This document shows, piece by piece, positions 1-11,200 of a DNA stretch of 64,000 bases. Origin of the DNA: Candidatus Marinacidobacterales bacterium (GTDB lineage: Bacteria > Acidobacteriota > Vicinamibacteria > Marinacidobacterales > DATDRI01); assembly GCA_965219415.1 (NCBI GenBank), contig CBDCNP010000002.1, positions 1,312,001 to 1,376,000 on the forward strand. Direction: 5' to 3'. The notes under the pieces are model-generated. The model searched no databases and was not told the DNA's origin. It saw only the letters and a program-made list of their open reading frames with translations. Numbering within the stretch: the first letter of the stretch is position 1; every line of letters begins with the position of its first letter. The position numbers and the translations under genes are program-made.

Positions 1-3000
1 GTCGGGGTTTGATCTTCGATACCTTTCTTAGCTGGGCGCGGCGGCCTCGGCCTAATCGTCGCAAACCGTACCGTGTCCCCTCGACGCTCGTGCGTCCTTT
101 TCACTTCATAATCGGAATCGTAGAGATATTTCAGGTTGGCCAGGTCGAACTGAAACCCGGCGGCGGCAACGATCTTCATCCAGTCCCCGTACGCGGTCTC
201 GTCGGGAGCTTCGGTGCCCCAGGACTTGACCGTGACGTTCGGATGGCGCGTGCCGAAATCGCGAGACTTCGGATCGGGTTTCACTCCCTTGAGCGCTTCG
301 TAGATACGGACACGCTGGTAGTAGTCGCGTTTGAAGTTCGCGGGATCGAACCGCCCGCCGTACCGATCGTAGCGGGAGTACATGCGCTCGTTCATTGCCA
401 TCACATCCGGCTCGCTCAAGATACCGTCCACGACGTAGTTTCGCAGGGCGAACGCGACCTCTTTGTGGTGTGGGTACTTGGGGTCGTCCACATAGCGCAC
501 GCTGGTGTACCAACCGCGGGGACCGGCCCACGCGTGGTTGGTGGGGAAACGGGCCCGCACCCAAGCCGCGTAGCCGGCGAAATACTGCACCCACTCGTGC
601 TTGGGATAGCCGTGGGGATTGAGGAAGATGTCCGGGAGCCAAGTTCTCCACAACTCGGTGCGGACCTTCGCCTCCGGGTAAATGGGATCCTTCTCCCACA
701 TCTGGACGGTCATATCGATTCCGAGCGAACCGAGATAACCCGCGTGAAGTATGAAGTCGGGAGTGATCTTGTAGAACTCGTAGGCTAGCGCCGCTCCGTC
801 CGGGTTGGTAATCGGGTGGATGACCACGTTGACGCGCTCGAGGTAACGCTTGTACTCCTCCTCGGTAGCAATGAGCTCGGCCAGGCGGAGGATGTGGCTG
901 GTGCTCGAAACCTCGTTGGCGTGTTGACGGCCCGAGATAATCAGGACCGGCTTCACGGTACTGGCCTTGGCCTGGGACCAGTGGCTGGCTTCCACCGGCA
1001 ATTTCACATCCATCGCCCATATGTCCTGCCCCAGGAACGAGCGGCCGGCGTGGTAGGCGGTGAACTCGGGGAATGTGTTCAACTTGGCCACCATCTGCTC
1101 GGCTTCCTTCGGACTAATCGGAGCGTCCCAATGAACGATGCGCTCCCCTTGGTGTTCATAGCTTTTTGCTACAGCCAGGATGTCCTGTTGTGGTTTCTTC
1201 CCGGTGGTCTGCAGTGAGGCCGCGGCCTCGCCCTCTCCTACCTGAAAGATGAAGTCCAGCTCCCCGAGCGAGGCATACCCGAAGGCCTCGGTGTAGAGTC
1301 CATTCCTTTGGAGCTCGGCTAGAGCCTCCACCATGGCAAGTGCCTGCTCCTGAGAGAGAATCTGCCGATCCACTTGCTCTTCCCGCGCGCGGAGCAAAAG
1401 CGCCTCCCTCTCGTCCTGCTCGGTGTTCACCTTGCACTCCAGGAACATTTTCTCCAGACGATTCGAGCCCTCGCGGACCGTCACCGCCGCCGCCTTCGGG
1501 GTCTCGACTTCCACCGGTGCGATCTCGAGCTTCCGTTCCACCGGTTCTCCTCCCGGCTCTTGGAATCGAACCACCACTTGGGGGTAGCCCGCCGGCTTGC
1601 CGGTGAAGCGGATGACTGCCTTTCCGGGCCCACCCTTATCGGAAGGGCGCATGTACGGGAGAATTCGGCCCGGATGCCATAGCTTCTCCTCGGACATCCG
1701 CATGCCCATGACATCGAAAAAAGCGATGGTCTCGAAGTAGATGTCTTCGTGAACGGCGTCTAGCGAAGAAATGATCTCCTCGTCGATACCGATGCGATAG
1801 TTGGGCTCGCTCATCGACAGGTCAACCCGCAGCTCCCCGAAGTAAGGCGCGTAGCGGGCACGGGGCTTGCCCTCGTACAGATCCATGACGTGGCTATAGG
1901 CTCGAGGAAGGGTCGATTGCTGGTAGTGATCCCAGAACTTCTCGATGTCGGTCAGGATTCTCTCATCCACCACTGCCTCGCCGTCCACCTTCGCCGTCAC
2001 CCAACCGGTCGTCACGTGCACCTTGTCGTAGTCCGGGAATTGGTCGAACATCGGACGAATCACGTACTTGGCGTCGAAGCTCCCTCGATAGAGCTCCCCT
2101 CCTCGCTTGTCGGTCACAACAACCTCGTAGGTCGGAGACCCCGCCCCTTTCTGCTCGAACTCCACCGACTCCAGAGGGATGCTCAGGTCCCGCGCCAGAA
2201 CCTCATCCACAGGATAAAGCTCCAGCAACCAACGGATCTTCGAGTACACCTCCTGCCACTTCTCCGGCTCGAGCTCGGCGAAGCGAATTTCGATTTTCCC
2301 GATGTCCTTTCCCTGAACCGCGGGAGCCACCACTTCGGTCAGCCAGCTATAGCCCGCCTTGTATGCCGACAGCACCTGAACCTCGACCGTGCCTCCTCCC
2401 ACTTTGCCTGAAAGCTCCGAGCGGATCTCCCCCTCCAACTGTTGTCGGATCTCCGGTGACTCGCTCAGTCGGACTGACAGCTCGACTTCGGAATCGGCCT
2501 TCACCTCAGGGAGCACCTTCTCCCGGAAAATCTTTCGAAAATCATCCACTTCCCAATCGAACTCGACCGTCTCTTCGTGAAGCGTGACCGAGTCATGAAT
2601 ATTGAGGCTACCTACTTGCACGTCCAGCGACGCCGCGCTCAGTTTCGCGCCTAGACGTTGCTCCAGGAAACGCTCCAGCTCCGGGCTCCCTTTGTGGATG
2701 TACACCTTCGCCTCGATCCGCTCCAGCTCCTTCCCACTGAGATCCGACACCAGCTGATCCAGCTTGTAGATCGCCGTCGCCGCCTGACCCGAGGCGTTGC
2801 GAGCGCCTAGAAACTTCCTCGCTTCTTCCGTTACGTCGCCGAGCGTCGGACGATCTTTCCCCCTCTCATCGAGGTGCGGGAGACGCTGGCTCACGTAGTC
2901 CAGCGCAGCATCCAAACCCGCCTCGTCTCCACCCGTTACGACTACAGCGGCAGAGTCCTCGATCGCTTTCGGAACAACCTGCACCAAGCCTTCCCCGGCG

Positions 3001-4184
3001 CTCAGATCGCCACCTCGGAGCTTCCCCCCCTCTCGCAGAGGTGCGATCAGGTCTCCTTCGGTTTCGATCAAGACAGGGTGTCCTTGCTTCGGTACCTCTT
3101 CGAGCTTCGATACTTTCTGCGTCAGCGGCAGACGGATTCCAGCCGACTCCAATCCTAGCCGCGTCGCCAACCAACCCACTCCGGGACGCGCGCTTCCCTC
3201 TCCCAATATGACGGACGTCGCACTCGCGTCCGGGATCATGTCCTTGTTCGTGTCTTCGAAGAGGCCTTCGATGCTATAGAGGTTCGACAAATCAAGTTGT
3301 TTGCTCCCCGGCTTACCCGTGGGGGCCGCCATCGCGGTTTCCGCCGCCGCGGCACTCGGTAGGACCACCGTCTCCTGAGCACCTTCCGCAGAAAGCTCCA
3401 CCTCGAGGCTCGCAAGCCCCGCGTAGCTCAATACCTCCCCGCTTTCACCCCGACCGTGGGCACCGGCTAGCGAGCGAAGCGACTCCTGTGCCGCCTGCAC
3501 CTGCTCTGGGCTGGAAAGTCCCGCCTCGACCGAAACCTTCACCGTCGTCGCGCTCCCATCCGCGACCACCCGAGTCGAACGCGGAGCAGAAGCCGGTGAA
3601 GTCCCCACCTCGGAAAGGAACTTCTCGACATCGCTCTCTACCGTCGCGAAACTCGCCCCGCCGATCTTTCCTACAAACGGAATGCGGCTGGCCACGGCGC
3701 GCGCCGCTGCCAACCCACCCGCGTCATCGGCACCGTAAAGCACGAGTGCATCGTTCGACCCGAAAGCCGAGCGCACTATTACGGCCGCACCCTGACCCGG
3801 CTCCAGTTGCGGTGCGTCCGGAAGGGAGGAAACCCATTTGTTGTTCTCGCCGATGAGAATGATGGGTACGCCGGCCGAAGCGGGTTCGATTTTCGTGTCC
3901 GCGACGACGAGGGCTATGTCCGTTGCCGTGGTCTCATACCCCAGCCGAGCCGCGATTTCCGCCGCTCCAGAAATATCCGCTGGGGAGGCGGACTCCGGAA
4001 TCACGACCCGCGCGTTGACGAAATCGGCGATGCCATCCCCGTTCCGATCCTCCAGGAGAGCCCCTTGACTGAAGAGCGAATCGAAAGCGAGCCGAGTGGT
4101 CTTTTCTTGCAGGCCTTCGAGACCCGGAACTTGAAAGACCCACACTACCGCGACGATAACGAGAATCAACGTCCGTACGCTCAT
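1..4184 (-). CDS. Large secreted M14-family zinc carboxypeptidase-domain protein; runs off the left edge and is absent from the ORF track
   Basis: Manual translation: ATG at 4184 after GAGGAGG, signal peptide MSVRTLILVIVAVVWVF. The same frame later reads ISGRQHANE, HPITNPDG and FLNPHGYP (M14 Zn ligands). No stop was seen near position 1, and the ORF track lists no terminated ORF from 4184. Confidence 0.85.
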   Translation of the reverse strand, partial: MSVRTLILVIVAVVWVFQVPGLEGLQEKTTRLAFDSLFSQGALLEDRNGDGIADFVNARVVIPESASPADISGAAEIAARLGYETTATDIALVVADTKIEPASAGVPIILIGENNKWVSSLPDAPQLEPGQGAAVIVRSAFGSNDALVLYGADDAGGLAAARAVASRIPFVGKIGGASFATVESDVEKFLSEVGTSPASAPRSTRVVADGSATTVKVSVEAGLSSPEQVQAAQESLRSLAGAHGRGESGEVLSYAGLASLEVELSAEGAQETVVLPSAAAAETAMAAPTGKPGSKQLDLSNLYSIEGLFEDTNKDMIPDASATSVILGEGSARPGVGWLATRLGLESAGIRLPLTQKVSKLEEVPKQGHPVLIETEGDLIAPLREGGKLRGGDLSAGEGLVQVVPKAIEDSAAVVVTGGDEAGLDAALDYVSQRLPHLDERGKDRPTLGDVTEEARKFLGARNASGQAATAIYKLDQLVSDLSGKELERIEAKVYIHKGSPELERFLEQRLGAKLSAASLDVQVGSLNIHDSVTLHEETVEFDWEVDDFRKIFREKVLPEVKADSEVELSVRLSESPEIRQQLEGEIRSELSGKVGGGTVEVQVLSAYKAGYSWLTEVVAPAVQGKDIGKIEIRFAELEPEKWQEVYSKIRWLLELYPVDEVLARDLSIPLESVEFEQKGAGSPTYEVVVTDKRGGELYRGSFDAKYVIRPMFDQFPDYDKVHVTTGWVTAKVDGEAVVDERILTDIEKFWDHYQQSTLPRAYSHVMDLYEGKPRARYAPYFGELRVDLSMSEPNYRIGIDEEIISSLDAVHEDIYFETIAFFDVMGMRMSEEKLWHPGRILPYMRPSDKGGPGKAVIRFTGKPAGYPQVVVRFQEPGGEPVERKLEIAPVEVETPKAAAVTVREGSNRLEKMFLECKVNTEQDEREALLLRAREEQVDRQILSQEQALAMVEALAELQRNGLYTEAFGYASLGELDFIFQVGEGEAAASLQTTGKKPQQDILAVAKSYEHQGERIVHWDAPISPKEAEQMVAKLNTFPEFTAYHAGRSFLGQDIWAMDVKLPVEASHWSQAKASTVKPVLIISGRQHANEVSSTSHILRLAELIATEEEYKRYLERVNVVIHPITNPDGAALAYEFYKITPDFILHAGYLGSLGIDMTVQMWEKDPIYPEAKVRTELWRTWLPDIFLNPHGYPKHEWVQYFAGYAAWVRARFPTNHAWAGPRGWYTSVRYVDDPKYPHHKEVAFALRNYVVDGILSEPDVMAMNERMYSRYDRYGGRFDPANFKRDYYQRVRIYEALKGVKPDPKSRDFGTRHPNVTVKSWGTEAPDETAYGDWMKIVAAAGFQFDLANLKYLYDSDYEVKRTHERRGDTVRFATIRPRPPRPAKKGIEDQTP

Positions 4185-4484
4185 GATCGTTCTCCTCCTC
4201 ACAAAGTTAGGGCCCTAGTGAGTCGTGACCTCACGAAGGCAACCGGCGAGGCAAACCCATCAAGTGATGATCACAGCGAAGCGAAGGGAGCCGTCGCGAG
4301 AGTGGGAGTGAATTCCAGCAGCTTAGGGGTAGGCCCCCAGAGGATGCATCACGCCGTATCCTGTGTACATCTACCCCGCGGAAAATGCAAGGACAACTCG
4401 ACCGCGTTTAGTTGAGTGCGGGGCGCCCTCCTTCCCCTGGACCTCCCCGACTTCTTGATGCTCTCAACGCGGACCCTTGAAAGG

Positions 4485-4949
4485 TCAGAACCGGTAACCG
4501 ACGCCGATCGTCAGTCCGACCGGCGCTTCTAGATTGACGTCACCAACACCAAGCCCGTAGGTAAGGACGACTCCGCTCGACCGTCCCACATCGTGGTCTA
4601 CCCCAAAGTAGACGCCGCTACCCTGCAGCCACCGGAAGACGCTGCCGTGGAGCCTCCATCGCCTGCCGGGCTTCTGAAGATAAACGCGAATACCGTAGGC
4701 CCACGGGGTCTCTGCCGTGAGGATACCGACCCCTCCAAGGATGCCCACGTGGTCCGAGAGCTCCAATTCCAGGCCTCCACCTAATATCGGCGATCCATAC
4801 GCCAACCCAGAGCCGAAGCCGGCCTTTGCGTGAACTTCGGCGGTGGATTCCCTGCAAGCGCACAACAACACGGCCGCGGTCAACAAAACCAGGACACCCT
4901 TCTTTCCTGCAACGCCTCTTCTCTCCTCGAGTATCCTTGACTTCATCAT
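4485..4949 (-). CDS. Hypothetical exported protein, small outer-membrane beta-barrel-like
   Basis: Hydrophobic signal ending LCAC, Gly-rich amphipathic strands, C-terminal GVGYRF. Confidence 0.55.
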   Translation of the reverse strand: MMKSRILEERRGVAGKKGVLVLLTAAVLLCACRESTAEVHAKAGFGSGLAYGSPILGGGLELELSDHVGILGGVGILTAETPWAYGIRVYLQKPGRRWRLHGSVFRWLQGSGVYFGVDHDVGRSSGVVLTYGLGVGDVNLEAPVGLTIGVGYRF

Positions 4950-4968
4950 CGAAGTTTGCAACGGGTCG

Positions 4969-5529
4969 CTACCAGAGACCGGAAAGCTGCTTCTCGATGG
5001 TCTCAATCAGGAACCCGTCCAGCTTTTCCTGAGCCGCTTGTGAGAGTTCGACAAATCGGATGCCGATCCCGCGGGGAAGATGGGCCTCCGAAATCCCCCG
5101 CTCGGTGCACCACGCGACCTCCCCTTTCATTTCAACGCGGTCCTCGTATCTGCTGCCGATTTTGGACAAGTAGAGAGTCAGCGGGGAGCCGATTTCGAAA
5201 AGGGTCTCCGAAGCCAGAAACGCGCCGCCGCGGCTCAGGTTCACCACCCGGGCGGTGTGGGTTTCGCCCTGGTAATGAAGGACAACGTATATCTCTACCG
5301 GCACCCGGAGACGCTTCCAAGCTGTGACCTGGTCGCGGATATCGCTGACTGAGAATTCGGGGATGCCTGGATCCATCGCGAGGCCGCTCTGGGACATCAT
5401 TTGATTGTAAAAGGTCTTGAGTTCCGCCCAGCAGCGCCTCTCATCTTCGGGAGGTAGGCTCCCACCACAATGGTTCTTTGAGTCGTTCAGCGCGCCGAAC
5501 TCTCGGAGCAGATCCAGAACCGTCTTCAT
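4969..5529 (-). CDS. PilZ domain protein
   Basis: NLSRGGAFL (D/NxSxxG), GEVAW and GIGIRF motifs; start at MKTVLDLL. Confidence 0.8.
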   Translation of the reverse strand: MKTVLDLLREFGALNDSKNHCGGSLPPEDERRCWAELKTFYNQMMSQSGLAMDPGIPEFSVSDIRDQVTAWKRLRVPVEIYVVLHYQGETHTARVVNLSRGGAFLASETLFEIGSPLTLYLSKIGSRYEDRVEMKGEVAWCTERGISEAHLPRGIGIRFVELSQAAQEKLDGFLIETIEKQLSGLW

Positions 5530-5745
5530 GCGATGCTCCCTTCGATCCCTCAAACTGCCGACGGTTGGGGAGACCGGTATGCCCAATCAAAAGCGAGACC
5601 AACTACCGAAGAGTGCCTCAAGCGAGGTGGCCGGTACCGACACCCCAGAATTTCATCCTACTTGCCGTGTCTCCCGCCGAGCTGCCGCTCCTCGGTGGCA
5701 AGATGGAGCTCTGCGGCCCCGCTTTGGATCCAGACTAGCATTGGC

Positions 5746-7741
5746 TCACCGCTCGTCAGGTATCCGGTAGCTCGGATTAATTCCCTTCGCCTTCTCGAAC
5801 ATCCTACGCGCGGGCATGTCCAGCCCCTCGTCCCGGTAGAGCGCGCCGAGCGCGCCGAAGTACTCAGGCTTAGAGGAGTCGAGATCGGTTGCAATCTTGA
5901 GGTTCTCCTCGGCCTCCTGTCGCCACTGCCGGTTTCGGGCTAACGCCAGACCGAGTAGATGGAAGTACTCAGCCTGATCATCCGCAAACTGAATAGCATG
6001 ACGACAGTGCACGATCGTTCCCCAATAGTCCTTCTTCTCGAACGCCTGCTTCGCGCGCCGGAAAAGATCTCTCGCTTCCCGATGGTCCCCATCGCTGTTT
6101 GGAGGCTCCTCGGCCTCTGCTTTCCGTGGGGCCGGCGGCCGCGGTGGTGCTTTTTCCGCGAGCTTCGGCTGGCTATTCACCTCGACCTTCCGTGAGAGAG
6201 TGGTAAAAGCGTCGTCCAGCCGGCTGAAAATATAGGAGAGCTTCTTGTGAAAACCAGGGTCGCCGATCTGGCGGTGGCGATCTGGGTGGTAGCGGAAGAC
6301 CTTTTCGTGAAAGGCTCGTTTTATTTCTTCAAGCCCCGCGTCGCGCTCGAGACCAAGCACTTGCCAGTGATCCTGCTGCTGACAAAGTTCGAAAAGCTGC
6401 TCTATCTCCTGCCGCAGGGTCTCATCTGAACTTGCCGGCTCCTCGCTGGCTTGTTGTGCCTCGGCAGGCTCCGGCTCCCCTTCCAGCTCGATGACCCCCG
6501 CCCGGAGGAGGCCCACCAAAGTACGAGTAGTCTGCGCATCGGAAAGGGGACTCAACGAAAAAATGTAGCGGGGTGGGTGGTGTCCGTCAATGCGGGAAAG
6601 GATGAAGGCCTCGTCAGATGTGAGGCTAACGTTCTGAAAGAGAAGCAACGGAGAGGAGACAGCACGGAGCCGGCGCTCCTCCTTAAGCAGCGCTTTGAGG
6701 TGGCGTTTGATCCTTTTCGTGCGTCGCGCCTCAGTCATGAGGACGTCCGCCACCGAGTCCGAAGCCCGGTCCGCTGTTTCCTCGACCGGGCCCTGCCTTC
6801 TAGTCTCCAGGACGGGGGGCCGCGTCGACCAGCGTCTTCTCAAACCTAGGTTTCTCAGCCGCACCGCCGACCGAGGGTATTGAGCGGAGGGCCTGGACAA
6901 GCTCGGCTCCTGAGGCGAATCTTTGCGAGGGGTCCTTAGCCAAGGCGCCACGCACGACGGTCTGGACCGCCGCAGGGAGGCCTACCTTCTCCCAGTCGAT
7001 GGGGGACGGCTCATCGTAGACAATGGCCTGGAGGACACCCGTCAAATTGCTACTCCGAAATGGCCTTTGACCGGCCAGGCACTCGTACAGGACGCAACCG
7101 AGCGAAAACAGATCGGCGCGGCCGTCCACGTCTTCTCCACGGGCCTGCTCAGGGGACATGTAGTTGGGCGTTCCTACGAGGCTTCCCGACGCGGTGAGGC
7201 TGCTCGAAGACTCGATCTTGGCAATTCCAAAGTCAGTAACTTTCACCTGTCCGGAGGCGGTAGTCATGATGTTGGCCGGTTTGACGTCCCTATGGACCAC
7301 TTTCTGCTGGTGCGCGTAGTCAAGAGCTTCGGCTACTTAAGACAAGATGTCGATAGCCTTGGGAAGGTCAAGGCGCTTCTTTGAAGCTAACACCGATGCG
7401 AGAGATGTCCCATCAAGAAGCTCCATGACGATACAGGTCATATCCGGCGTGGAGACAATGTCGTAAACGGTAACGATGTTCGGGTGCTGGAGCTGGGCCG
7501 CCACCTGAGCTTCTCGTATGAACCGTTGCTTGAGTTCATCTAGCTCCTTGGGGTCATCACATGCGTCGAGACGGATGCGCTTGATGGCCGCCATCCGCTT
7601 GAGGATGGTGTCCCGTGCCTTGTAAACCTCGCCGAAGGCACCCACGCCCAGCCTGGAGATGACTTCGTAGCGGTCGCCCAGGGCCTCCGCCACCCTGTGG
7701 ATGGCCGAGGAGTCGGGCGCTCCGTTGGCGGACCCGGTCAT
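5746..7741 (-). pseudogene. Ser/Thr protein kinase - DnaJ - TPR fusion, interrupted
   Basis: LGVGAFGEVY, HRDVKPAN, DFG, GTPNYMSPE, then J-domain YHPDRH and TPRs. In-frame TAA at 7337-7339 (ILS*VAEALDYAH) and a frameshift in the G run near 6815. Confidence 0.8.
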
Positions 7742-8134
7742 GGCTGATGCAGGCCCGCGGTTAGCTCATCCAGCCAGGTGGCGTGACAGCCCGAATACAA
7801 TTGGGGCGTGTCCTGGGCCACTGCGTACCAGCATGAGCAAGATTTCACTGCCTTTACCCCTACGGAGCGGACAGATGTCACTTCCGAGAGCCCGAAGGCG
7901 GGAACTACCGACGATTTGACAGAACACAGATTTCCCGTCTTGTGGAAGGCGATCAGCAAGAATCATGCCCGGGAACGGGATGGTCATTTCTCGCCGAAAA
8001 GGCTCCGGGTAGTTGGGTTTGGAAAGACCGGCAACACTCGTTGGCCGGCTGACCAGGGGGAAAAACCCACGCATTCGAGGGAAACTTGACTTGGGGACCG
8101 AAAGTCACACTGGGAGAGGTTGTCAAATCATCTC

Positions 8135-8225
8135 GTCGAGCGGAGTCTTCTGCTTTAAGATCACAAATTGTGATCTTAGAGAAAGGCCGCGGACGGCACC
8201 CGAAATACCCGCCCTATCCTTATCG
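8135..8225 (+). pseudogene. Relic of an ORF6N-domain (KilA-N-like) DNA-binding protein gene
   Basis: Translation ALRSQIVILEKGRGRHPKYPPY resembles the ORF6N core LRSQIVxxxxGRGxxxYxPYAFTE; the rest of the gene is absent. Confidence 0.55.
8156..8178. repeat. Perfect inverted repeat TAAGATCACAA-A-TTGTGATCTTA
   Basis: 11-bp arms with a 1-nt spacer, read directly. Confidence 0.9.
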
Positions 8226-8293
8226 CCGAGCAGAAGGATCTGCTCGAGGGCAGCGTTGCCCTTGTGGGCGAGCTTCCCGAACGTCCCCGAAGA

Positions 8294-11200
8294 TCATGCG
8301 GACCCGGAGGCTCCGTACCCGCCGCCCCCCGGTGTTTCGATGACGAAGACATCTCCAGGTTTCATTTCCGTCTTGTCGGTACCTTCGAGCTGTTCCACCG
8401 TTCCGTCCCTTCGCTCTACCCGGTTGCGGCCCAACGCTCCCGCCTCCCCATCGTCGACCCCGAAGGGGGCTACCTTCCGGTGGCTGGAAAGGATGGCCGC
8501 CGTCATCGCCTCGCGGAAGACGATCCGCCGGCGCGTTCCGTCGCCTCCCCGATGCCGGCCAGAACCCCCGGAGCCGCGACGGATCTCGAAGCGTTCCAAG
8601 AGGACGGGGAATCGCCACTCCAGCACCTCCGGGTCCGTCAACCGAGAGTTCGTCATGTGAGTGTGGATGGCGTCGGTGCCATCGAAGTCGGGCCCGGCGC
8701 CCGAGCCGCCGGCAACCGTCTCATAGTATTGATGTCGATCGTTGCCGAAGGTGAAATTGTTCATGGTGCCTTGGGAAGCGGCGAGGACTCCCAAAGCGCC
8801 ATAGAGGGTGTCGGTGATGATTTGGCTCGTCTCCACGTTGCCTGCGACCACCGCAGCCGGATAGCGAGGGCTCAGCATCGACCCTTCCGGGATGATGATT
8901 TCCAGCGGTTTGAGGCAGCCTTCGTTCATCGGGATCTCGTCATCGACCAACGTACGAAACACGTAGAGCACCGCGGCACGGCACACCGCACTGGGCGCGT
9001 TGAAGTTCGTCGGCTGCTGGGGACTGGTCTCGGAGAAATCGATGACCGCGCTCCGTCGTTCTTTGTCGATGTGGATCTGGACCGCCACCACGGCACCATC
9101 GTCGAGGGGATAGCGGAAGCGACCGTCCTTGAGCACGTCGAGCACGCGACGCACATGCTCCTCGGCGTTGTCCTGCACGTGCGTCATATAAGCGTGCACG
9201 ACGTTCAGGCCGTAGTGGTCGATCATCTTCCCGATCTCCTGAACTCCCTTCTCGTTGGCGGCAATCTGGGCTTTCAAATCAGCGCTGTTCTGGTCGGGAT
9301 TCCTCGCCGGGTAACGTCCTGAGGTCAATAGTTGGCGCATTGGCGCCTCTTGGAATCGACCTCCATCGACCAGCTTGAAGTTGTCGATGAGCACGCCCTC
9401 CTCGTCCACCGAGCGGCTGTCCGGCGGCATGGAGCCCGGTGTCACGCCCCCAATATCCGCGTGGTGACCGCGGCTCGCGACGAAGAACCGGATCTCGCTA
9501 CCCTCGGCGTCGAACACTGGCGTCACGACTGTGATGTCCGGCAAGTGGGTCCCACCGTTGTAAGGTGCGTTCAACACATAAACGTCGCCGGGAGCTAGTT
9601 GCTGACGATTCTCGCGGATCACCGTACGGATGCTCTCGCTCATAGATCCCAAGTGAACCGGCATGTGAGGGGCGTTGGCGACGAGGTTGCCGTGCGGATC
9701 GAAAATGGCGCAAGAGAAATCGAGTCGTTCCTTGATGTTTACTGAGTAGGCGGTCTTCTCGAGGGTCGAGCCCATTTGCTCGGCGATGGACATGAAAAGG
9801 TTATTGAAGATCTCGAGCATCACCGGGTCGGCCTCAGTGCCCACCACTTTTCGTCGGGGAAGCGGGACCACGCGCGTCAATACGAGGTGGTTGCGCTCGG
9901 TAAGCCGCGATTGCCAGCCGGGCTCGACCACGGTAGTGCTCCCCGCTTCGGTGATGATGGCCGGGCCGTCGATGGTGTCGCCACGGACGAGATCTCCTCG
10001 CTCGTAAACGGGTGTGTCTTGCCAATCGCCTCCGGTGAACATGGGAACGTGGGTACTAGGTTCGATCGCTTGTTCGCGGACCACCGCCTCCAAAAGCGGC
10101 TCTTCGGCCGTGTCGGTCCGGCCAATCACCTCCACTGAGACCGCCTCCACAATGAGGCCCTTGTCTTCCATCGTGAACCCGAAGCGCTGACGATGAGCGG
10201 CCTCGAACCGGGTAGTGACCAACGCTAGGTCCCCGTAGTCGATCACCAGGGCCGAGTCGGTACCCACATAGCGCAGATGCACTTTCCTAAGCACGTCGAT
10301 GCGGTCCTCGGCGACACCCTGGTGACGGAGCTCCTTCCGCCCCGCCTCCGCCAAACGCTCCAAGGTGTCCGAGAGCGAAGCGAGCATCTCTCCGTTCAGC
10401 TCGGCCTCGACCGCCTGCTCCCGGAGGGCCCTAACGTCGGCCAGCCCCATGCCGTAGGCGGAGAGAACGCCTGCCAGGGGGTGCAGAAAGATCGTGGTCA
10501 TCCCTAGGGTATCGGCGATGTCGCAAGCGTGTTGCCCACCCGCACCGCCGAAGCAACTCAGGGTGTACCCGGTCACGTCGTAGCCTCGCTCGAGCGAGAT
10601 CTTCTTGATGGCGTTGGCCATGTTCTCGACCGCGATCCTGCGAAAACCCTCGGCCACCTCCTCGGGACGGCGCACATCGTCGGTGGCCTCGCCGATCGTC
10701 TTCGCCAAATCAGCGAATCCGCTAGAAACGACTTCTGCGTCTAGGGGCAAGTTGCCCTCGCCGCCAAAGACATGGGGGAAGAACTCCGGAACGATGTGGC
10801 CCAGCATGAGGTTGGCATCGGTAAGAGCGAGCGGCCCCCCACGCCGGTAGCAGGCCGGGCCGGGATCGGCGCCCGCCGAATCGGGACCGACTCGATAGCG
10901 GGCCCCGTCGAACTTCAAAATGGACCCGCCGCCAGCGGCAACAGTATGGATCTCGATCATCGGCGCGCGCATACGAACGCCCGCCACCTGTGTCTCGAAG
11001 GCCCGCGGGTACTCACCGTCGTAGTGGGCCACATCCGTCGAAGTGCCGCCCATGTCGAAGGTGATGATCTTCTCGAAGCCACCGATGGCCGATGTCTCGA
11101 CTGCGCCCACCAAACCCCCTGCCGGCCCGGAGAGGATGGCGTCCTTTCCGCGAAATAGGTGGGCGTCGGTAAGGCCGCCGCTCGACTGCATGAACATCAA

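Noticed and set aside
4240-4300. GGCAAACCCATC..GATG resembling the start of a c-di-GMP-I riboswitch
   Set aside because: Lacks the GNRA loop and the GGGACGCAAAG half, and points away from the adjacent downstream gene
9-4415. Numerous ORF-track entries in 1-4.4 kb (e.g. 9..788 +, 106..1020 -, 1890..2411 +)
   Set aside because: Shadow or off-frame ORFs of the large minus-strand M14 gene
7337-7339. Stop-codon recoding (alternative genetic code) at the in-frame TAA
   Set aside because: Single instance; TAA, TAG and TGA all terminate intact genes elsewhere in the window
7750-8130. Long intergenic region as a possible ncRNA or small gene
   Set aside because: Only short scattered hairpins; no recognisable RNA motif or convincing ORF
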